Shown piece after piece: positions 6,505 through 11,373 of a stretch of 11,373 bases of DNA. The translations under genes and the position numbers were made by a program. Source of the DNA: Armatimonadia bacterium. GTDB lineage: Bacteria; Armatimonadota; Zipacnadia; Zipacnadales; UBA11051. Under the pieces are notes generated by a model, which searched no databases, was not told where the DNA came from, and saw only the letters and a list, made by a program, of their open reading frames with translations. The stretch is from the NCBI GenBank assembly GCA_039683575.1, contig JBDKRC010000301.1:1-11373 (forward strand), in the 5' to 3' direction. Each line of letters opens with the position of its first letter. Position 1 is the stretch's first letter.

Positions 6505-7593
6505 TCAGAACATCCATTTCGCGAGCGACAGGATGCCCTGTTTCCAGGGCACACGATGCGAGACGCCGGACTTGTTGGCGAACTGCTCGCGGTGCTCCAG
6601 ATACCATTGGTAGTTGCGGATCAGGGCTTGTTCGTTGGAGAACTGGGGCGCGAAGCCGAGCTTCTGCTGCGCCTTTTCTATGGAGACGAAAGACTCCTTA
6701 TCAATGGTTTCGTAAATCCACTGATAGAGCGGAGAGAGCTTGAGTTTTTCGAGCAGGCGCAGGATTGCGACGGCGGGGCCGGCAGGAAGGCTCTTGATGC
6801 GCTTGCCGTGGCCGGCGTAGTCGAGTACGGCCTGAAAGTCGTCCCGTAGTCCGCGATATTTGGCGGCGCCGATATTGTAGGTGTCGTTGACGATGTCGTC
6901 AGGAAGGGTCAGGCAGAGGAAGATGGCCTGGCAGAGGTCTTCGACGTCCAGAAGTTGGTAGAGGTTCTTGCCCTGGCCCAGCATCGGGAAGCCGTGTCCC
7001 TCGTAGGCCCACTCGTAGAGCATGGCGAAGACGCCCAGGCGCTCCGGGCCGACGAAGGACTTGGGGCGGATGATAGGGATAATGAGGCCCTGCTCGCGCA
7101 GCTTGAGAGCCTCCTGTTCGGCCAACACCTTGGCCTCACCATATGGGCCGACGCCGATCTGCTTGTCATCCTCATACAGCGGGTGGTGATCCGGCACGCC
7201 ATAGACGGCTGTGGAGGAGATGTGGACCACGCGCTTGATCCCCGCGGCGACCGCGGCTTCGAGAACATTGCGGGTGCCGATGACATCGGTGGTGTAGATG
7301 TCCTCGGGCTTGTACAGAGGCAGGGCGGCGGCGGCGTGAACAACGAGGTCTACACCGGCCAGGGCGGCGTCGAGGGCCGCCCGGTCACGGATGTCGCCGG
7401 TCACGAGCCGCAGGCGCGGGTCGTTGCGCTCGGGGTAGTCGAAGTCGGCGAGATCGAACGAGACGGCGTGATAGCCGCGTTGCAGCAGGTAGCGAATGAG
7501 GTTGATGCCCAGAAAACCGGCACCGCCGGTGATCAGGACGGTCTGCGCCGCTTGGGTTGTCGTGTCGGATGTGGTAGACGGCGATTGAGTCAA
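6505..7593 (-). CDS. NAD-dependent epimerase/dehydratase (extended SDR)
   Basis: [36 protein letters not shown] (YxxxK) and IIRP. Probable TTG start at 7593 with GAGGT RBS. The ORF-track extension to 7665 runs through a REP doublet. Confidence 0.88.
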   Translation of the reverse strand: MTQSPSTTSDTTTQAAQTVLITGGAGFLGINLIRYLLQRGYHAVSFDLADFDYPERNDPRLRLVTGDIRDRAALDAALAGVDLVVHAAAALPLYKPEDIYTTDVIGTRNVLEAAVAAGIKRVVHISSTAVYGVPDHHPLYEDDKQIGVGPYGEAKVLAEQEALKLREQGLIIPIIRPKSFVGPERLGVFAMLYEWAYEGHGFPMLGQGKNLYQLLDVEDLCQAIFLCLTLPDDIVNDTYNIGAAKYRGLRDDFQAVLDYAGHGKRIKSLPAGPAVAILRLLEKLKLSPLYQWIYETIDKESFVSIEKAQQKLGFAPQFSNEQALIRNYQWYLEHREQFANKSGVSHRVPWKQGILSLAKWMF

Positions 7594-7625
7594 GGGACGG
7601 GGTACCTCGCGCAGGATTGGCAGAA

Positions 7626-7694
7626 GTGGGAGGGGCCTGAAGGCCTGAAGCCTACTATAGCCCAAAGCTGTCGGGGCGGAAAGGCCCCTCCCAG
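7626..7694. repeat. Inverted REP doublet (REPIN-like), GTGG-type
   Basis: 12-bp inverted repeat TGGGAGGGGCCT (7627-7638) / AGGCCCCTCCCA (7682-7693). Each half forms its own small hairpin (GGCCT-GA-AGGCC; GGGGC-GGAAAG-GCCCC). Confidence 0.65.
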
Positions 7695-7744
7695 CAATCC
7701 CTAAGGTTGCATGCAGGATGCTCTGAGACGGGTTGGGGCGGTAG

Positions 7745-8599
7745 CTACTCGATGGTCTCCTCGAAGACCTGCTTGAGCATCTTGCCGGCTAGCTTGACCG
7801 CCTCGGACTTGTCTTCCATGGCGTTCAGGCGGGCGCTGAAGGGCTCGGGGGTGACCGGGCCGTCGTAGCCGATGTCGCGCAGGACCTGCAGGAAGCCGGT
7901 GAGGTTGATCACGCCGGTTTCGCCAGGAAGGGCGCGGACGCTGTCTACCTGGTCATCGAGCGCGATGTCCGGCGGGGCGTCGTTGATGTGGACGTAGACG
8001 ACGTTTTCGTTGGTGAGCTTCTTGAGCTGGGCGAGGGTGCCGCCGGAGGTGTACCAGTGCCAGGCGTCAAGCAGGAGACCGGCGTTCTGGCCGAGGCATG
8101 AGCAGAGCTCAAGCATCTGCTCCATGGTATGGATGAATTCGAACTTCTTGCCAGCGCGGAGGGTCTTGGGCCCGAGGAACTCGAGACCCATGCGGACGCC
8201 GTAGGCGCCCATGACCTCGGCGACGGGGCCCAGGCGGTTGCGATGGAAGGCGCAGTTCTCGTCCCAGTCCCGCTCGTCATTCCAGGAAGGCACCCAGGTG
8301 GCAGCGCGGGTGGCGCCGATCTGGGAGGCGGCCTCGCAGTACTTGGTGAGGTTGAGTAGATCGGTGCTCCAATCTTCCTCGCTGCCCATCCAGCGCACCG
8401 GGAAGCCGATGCTGCCCATCTTCAGGCCGTTGTCGGCGAAGAGGGCCTTCACGTAATCGGCTCCGTGCTGGTCGATGAGGGGGATGACCTCACCGATGGG
8501 GACATCTATGCCCTCGAACTCGCCGAGCTTGGCGTAAGCGATGGCCTGGTCAAAGCTTGCCGGAACGCCGATGGCGCCACAGCTGAGGTTGCGGAACAT
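7745..8599 (-). CDS. Sugar phosphate isomerase/epimerase family (xylose-isomerase-like TIM barrel, AP_endonuc_2)
   Basis: Metal-ligand motifs [29 protein letters not shown] and [20 protein letters not shown] (complement 8606-8611) supports ATG 8599. Confidence 0.9.
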   Translation of the reverse strand: MFRNLSCGAIGVPASFDQAIAYAKLGEFEGIDVPIGEVIPLIDQHGADYVKALFADNGLKMGSIGFPVRWMGSEEDWSTDLLNLTKYCEAASQIGATRAATWVPSWNDERDWDENCAFHRNRLGPVAEVMGAYGVRMGLEFLGPKTLRAGKKFEFIHTMEQMLELCSCLGQNAGLLLDAWHWYTSGGTLAQLKKLTNENVVYVHINDAPPDIALDDQVDSVRALPGETGVINLTGFLQVLRDIGYDGPVTPEPFSARLNAMEDKSEAVKLAGKMLKQVFEETIE

Positions 8600-8615
8600 T
8601 CCTGATCCTCCAATT

Positions 8616-8709
8616 GTAGGTGGGTTCGTCTCGAACCCACTTTGAAACGGTGTCGGTGCGGGATGCACCGACCTACGCGACCTGACAGATTCGGGACGAA
8701 CCCGCCTAC
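8616..8709. repeat. Cluster of three GTAG-type REPs (BIME/REPIN-like)
   Basis: Plus strand: GTAG-GTGGGTTCG-TCT-CGAACCCAC (8616-8640). Minus strand: GTAG-GTCGGTGC-ATCCC-GCACCGAC (8652-8676) and GTAG-GCGGGTTCG-TCC-CGAATCTGT (8685-8709). Confidence 0.85.
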
Positions 8710-8738
8710 GCGGTATTCTCCGTTGTCCGAGCAATGAC

Positions 8739-9374
8739 CTACTGTGGTATCACGTGATAATCCTGACTGGTGCAGCCTTTGGGCGGCTGCGTGCGCTGGT
8801 GCCACTTGGCGTGACCGTCGAAGAAGGAGACGTTGACGCCGTCATTGTGGCGGGCGTCGGCCCAGAGGGCCATGCCGACCATCTTGCCGTCGAAGAAGCA
8901 GGTGGTCTCCGAGGGCAGGGGCAGGTCAGCGAGAGAGCGGATGGCGCCCGCAGGCATGCCTGGAACCATGTAGGCAAACGCGGCACGATTCCAGACGTAG
9001 CTGTAGTGCCCAAGGCCGGTGAAGCTGGTGAAATTGACCGATCCGGTGGGGTCTGAGGGGCAGAAGATGAGCTGGTGGCTCTTCATGTAGGGCTGGATCA
9101 GCTCTACCGTGGTCCAGAAAAGGCTCCAGTCGGGGAGTCCGCCGATGGCGACGGGCAGAGTCTCATCATAGTCTTGCACGTACTGGAGGGTCGCCATAGC
9201 CGCCTGCTTTACGTTGGAGAGACAGCTTGACTGGCGGGCCTTCTCGCGGGCTTTGGCAAAGACCGGGAAGAGGATGGCGGCGAGTATCGCGATGATTGCA
9301 ATCACCACGAGTAACTCGATAAGCGTGAAGCCGGCTCGGGGCCGGCGGGCAATTGTCATCTTCATCTTAACCAT
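8739..9374 (-). CDS. DUF1559 pilin-like protein with prepilin N-terminal cleavage/methylation motif and H-X9-DG C-terminal domain
   Basis: [45 protein letters not shown]...YVQDYDE, IFCPSD and [17 protein letters not shown]. Start is uncertain (ATG 9374, 9365 or 9359). Confidence 0.93.
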   Translation of the reverse strand: MVKMKMTIARRPRAGFTLIELLVVIAIIAILAAILFPVFAKAREKARQSSCLSNVKQAAMATLQYVQDYDETLPVAIGGLPDWSLFWTTVELIQPYMKSHQLIFCPSDPTGSVNFTSFTGLGHYSYVWNRAAFAYMVPGMPAGAIRSLADLPLPSETTCFFDGKMVGMALWADARHNDGVNVSFFDGHAKWHQRTQPPKGCTSQDYHVIPQ

Positions 9375-9395
9375 GGGTCTTGCTGACGCAGAAGG

Positions 9396-9421
9396 CAGGG
9401 TTCAGGGTTCAGGATTCAGGG
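9396..9421 (+). repeat. Heptamer tandem repeat CAGGGTT (about 3.7 copies)
   Basis: CAGGGTT CAGGGTT CAGGATT CAGGG. Confidence 0.85.
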
Positions 9422-9428
9422 CCCAGAA

Positions 9429-9511
9429 ACGGCGAACGGCGACGGCTGCGGGCAGGGATGCCCGCGCACCTACGGCGAACGGCGAACGGCAAACGGCGCA
9501 CGGCAGACGGC
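9429..9511. repeat. ACGGCNN heptamer array interrupted by a GTAG-type REP
   Basis: Three ACGGC units at 9429-9446 and six at 9472-9511. Between them the minus strand reads GTAG-GTGC-GCGGGCA-TCCC-TGCCCGC (9448-9473). Confidence 0.85.
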
Positions 9512-10495
9512 TCAGAGATTGACAACGCGGTAGTCGCGGGCGGCTTCGCGTAGTCTTAGCACAACCTCGGAGATGCGGAAACAGTCCTCGGCAGGGGCCT
9601 CGCAGGGCTCCTCGCCCCGTACCGAGCGGACGAAGTTGACGAACTGCTTGCCGGGTTCGGGGAGCGGGAGAACCTGGGGCGGCTGGTCGTGGGTGAGTAG
9701 GGTGACCTCGCCGGTGGCGTAGAGGAACTCTATGACGCCCTTGTTGCCGGCGATGCGGAGGCGGTCGTCGCCGTGCGTGGGGGCGGCGGCGGGGCGGCAG
9801 TAGTCGAGGCGGGCACCAGCCGAGGCGCCATTGTCGAGCTGCAGGGCGAGGGCGGCGTTGTCTTCGAGGTCGCCGATCTCTGGATGGCCGGTATTGGCGC
9901 AGAAGGCGGCGCCGCGGATGAAGTCATGGCCGCTGCACCAGCGGATGAGGTCCAGGGCGTGGATGCCGATGAAGGGGATGATGCCGGAGAAAGTCTGGCG
10001 GGAGCACTGCCAGGCGGGGCGAGTGCCGAGGCGATAGGACTTTTGCATGGCAGCCTGACAGACTTCGCCGATGAGGCCGTCGGCGACGACCTGGCGGATC
10101 AGGCGGTACTGGGGCTCGAAGCGCATGGTAAGGAGCATGGTGAGGTGGATGTGGTGCTCCTCCACAGCCTGCCGGACGGCGTAGAGCTCATCCAGCCGGA
10201 GGGCGAGGGGCTTTTCGGTGATCACATGGATGCCACGGGCGGCACAGGCGCGGACGATGCCGCCGCGAAGGTTGTCGGTACCAGCCTCGCAGACGAGGTC
10301 GAGGGGCTCGCGGTCGAGCATCTCACGCCAGTCAGCGTACGTCTTGGTGTCGGCATCGGCGCTGGGCCAGGAGGGGACGGCCGCGAGAGCGTCGGGATTG
10401 TCATCCCAGACGGCCGCGAGACGGCAGCCCGCTTCTTTGAGCTCATTAAGGACGGTGCCCTGGTGGCCCTTGAGGCCAATCATGCCGACGTTCAT
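9512..10495 (-). CDS. Gfo/Idh/MocA family oxidoreductase
   Basis: MNVGMIGLKGH, YADWREMLDRE, GIHVITEKPLA, MRFEP, GIHALDLIRW, LEDNA and LRIAGNKG. GGAG RBS (complement 10504-10507) supports ATG 10495. Confidence 0.9.
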   Translation of the reverse strand: MNVGMIGLKGHQGTVLNELKEAGCRLAAVWDDNPDALAAVPSWPSADADTKTYADWREMLDREPLDLVCEAGTDNLRGGIVRACAARGIHVITEKPLALRLDELYAVRQAVEEHHIHLTMLLTMRFEPQYRLIRQVVADGLIGEVCQAAMQKSYRLGTRPAWQCSRQTFSGIIPFIGIHALDLIRWCSGHDFIRGAAFCANTGHPEIGDLEDNAALALQLDNGASAGARLDYCRPAAAPTHGDDRLRIAGNKGVIEFLYATGEVTLLTHDQPPQVLPLPEPGKQFVNFVRSVRGEEPCEAPAEDCFRISEVVLRLREAARDYRVVNL

Positions 10496-10642
10496 GGTGA
10501 GATCTCCGATGGAGAGGGTATGACGGGGCAATTCGACGCCAGGGTGGGGAGGGCCTGCAAAGGGAGGGGAGTCGAGCGAAGACGGCGAACTTTTCTACAG
10601 TCGCGTTGTCTACGCGGCATTATCTTGTGAGGTCGCTGATAC

Positions 10643-10906
10643 ATGAATTCAAAAGAAGAGGTCGTACGCCTGCTATGGACGCTTGCAGGTGCTGTAGTGG
10701 GGGTTGTGGTCGGGTTTGGGCTGATGACGTACCTGCTGCCGCTGATGAAGCTGCCGCCGCTGGGTGAGGCGATGGCGGTGATCGCGTTCTGCGGTGGCGG
10801 GCTGATCGGCGGCGGGTTCGTGACGCTGACGGTACTTAACAAGCGGCAGAAGGTGGCGCGGAAGAAGTATTTTGACGAAAAGAAGAAAAAGAAGAAGCGA
10901 AAGTAG
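10643..10906 (+). CDS. Small hypothetical membrane protein (2 predicted TM helices, poly-Lys C-terminus)
   Basis: Two Gly-rich hydrophobic segments (LLWTLAGAVVGVVVGFGLMTYLL; AMAVIAFCGGGLIGGGFVTLTVL) and tail RKKYFDEKKKKKKRK. GAGGT RBS at 10629-10633. Confidence 0.75.
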   Translation: MNSKEEVVRLLWTLAGAVVGVVVGFGLMTYLLPLMKLPPLGEAMAVIAFCGGGLIGGGFVTLTVLNKRQKVARKKYFDEKKKKKKRK

Positions 10907-10907
10907 C

Positions 10908-11373
10908 ATGTCGCGGCACTCCTTGAGCCTGTGTTGTTGGGTTGCGCTGCTGATCCTGCCGGGCATCGCGCCTGCGCAGGAGGCAGCGGGACTACCAGCG
11001 CGGCTGCAGGGGGCAGTGACGGGCTATGAGAAGCTGGTGACGGAGCTTGATCTGAACCGGTTGCCGGGGGACCGGCCTGATTACCCGCTCGTTACTGAGA
11101 ACCTGGGGAGGCTGGGCGAGCGGCTGGAAGCACTGAGCCGTCAGGGGATGCGGCTGGGGGAGATGAACGAGGCTGAGAAGGTGGGGCTGGAGGCCGCAGT
11201 GGGGCTGTTTGAGGCGGATCTGGGGCAGCTTCGGCAGCAGTCACTGGGGCTGCGGGTGTGGTCATTTTGGAGCCAGCATGGCTACAAGAAGCCGGAGTGG
11301 GGACTCGCGATCGGCGAGACGGCGGAGGCAGGGAATGAGCTGAAGCTTGCGGCGAAGGCAGGGGAGCGGGTGG
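10908..11373 (+). CDS. Hypothetical secreted protein, 3'-partial (not in ORF track)
   Basis: ATG 1 nt after the upstream stop, open to the window end. Translation is MSRHSLSLCCWVALLILPGIAPA|QEAAGLPARLQGAVTGYEKLV...ELKLAAKAGERV, a Sec signal peptide with an A-x-A cleavage site. Confidence 0.75.
   Translation, partial: MSRHSLSLCCWVALLILPGIAPAQEAAGLPARLQGAVTGYEKLVTELDLNRLPGDRPDYPLVTENLGRLGERLEALSRQGMRLGEMNEAEKVGLEAAVGLFEADLGQLRQQSLGLRVWSFWSQHGYKKPEWGLAIGETAEAGNELKLAAKAGERV

Noticed and set aside
8600..8734. 45-aa N-terminal extension of the TIM-barrel isomerase in the ORF track
   Set aside because: It runs through the REP cluster, and a strong GGAGGA RBS precedes ATG 8599.
109..9374. Diversity-generating retroelement template/variable repeat pair between the two DUF1559 genes
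   Set aside because: The shared N-terminal protein block differs at many synonymous positions of all base types, not specifically adenines. No reverse transcriptase is in the window.
10496..10642. Riboswitch or operator in the divergent promoter region (also 1069-1186)
   Set aside because: Only a short CGCGT/ACGCG stem was seen here, with no recognisable aptamer or convincing operator palindrome in either region. An Rfam/Infernal scan would be needed to exclude it fully.

Overview
GC-rich bacterial window, most likely Armatimonadota or a related PVC-like lineage. That taxonomy is inferred from two DUF1559 / H-X9-DG pilin-like genes with the '[25 protein letters not shown]' signature. Left part: a 5'-truncated DUF1559 pilin-like gene converges on a DUF378 membrane-protein gene across a perfect 15-bp bidirectional terminator. 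It is followed by a + strand run of URO-D/MtaA-like protein, amidohydrolase and Gfo/Idh/MocA oxidoreductase. Right part: a - strand run (in transcription order) of Gfo/Idh/MocA oxidoreductase, intact DUF1559 pilin-like protein, TIM-barrel sugar isomerase/epimerase, NAD-dependent epimerase/dehydratase and phosphomannomutase. It is divergent from a small 2-TM protein with a poly-Lys tail and a secreted protein that runs off the window. Nearly every intergenic gap from 3.2 to 9.5 kb holds small repeats: GTCAT...ATGAC palindromic elements (two inside a 183-bp-period tandem duplication), GTAG/GTGG-type REPs, AGGAT short repeats and heptamer arrays. No transposase, CRISPR array or RNA gene was seen. 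The best candidate for an under-described system is the pilin-like DUF1559 gene embedded among sugar redox/isomerase enzymes with no conventional transporter in view. That reading is inference only.
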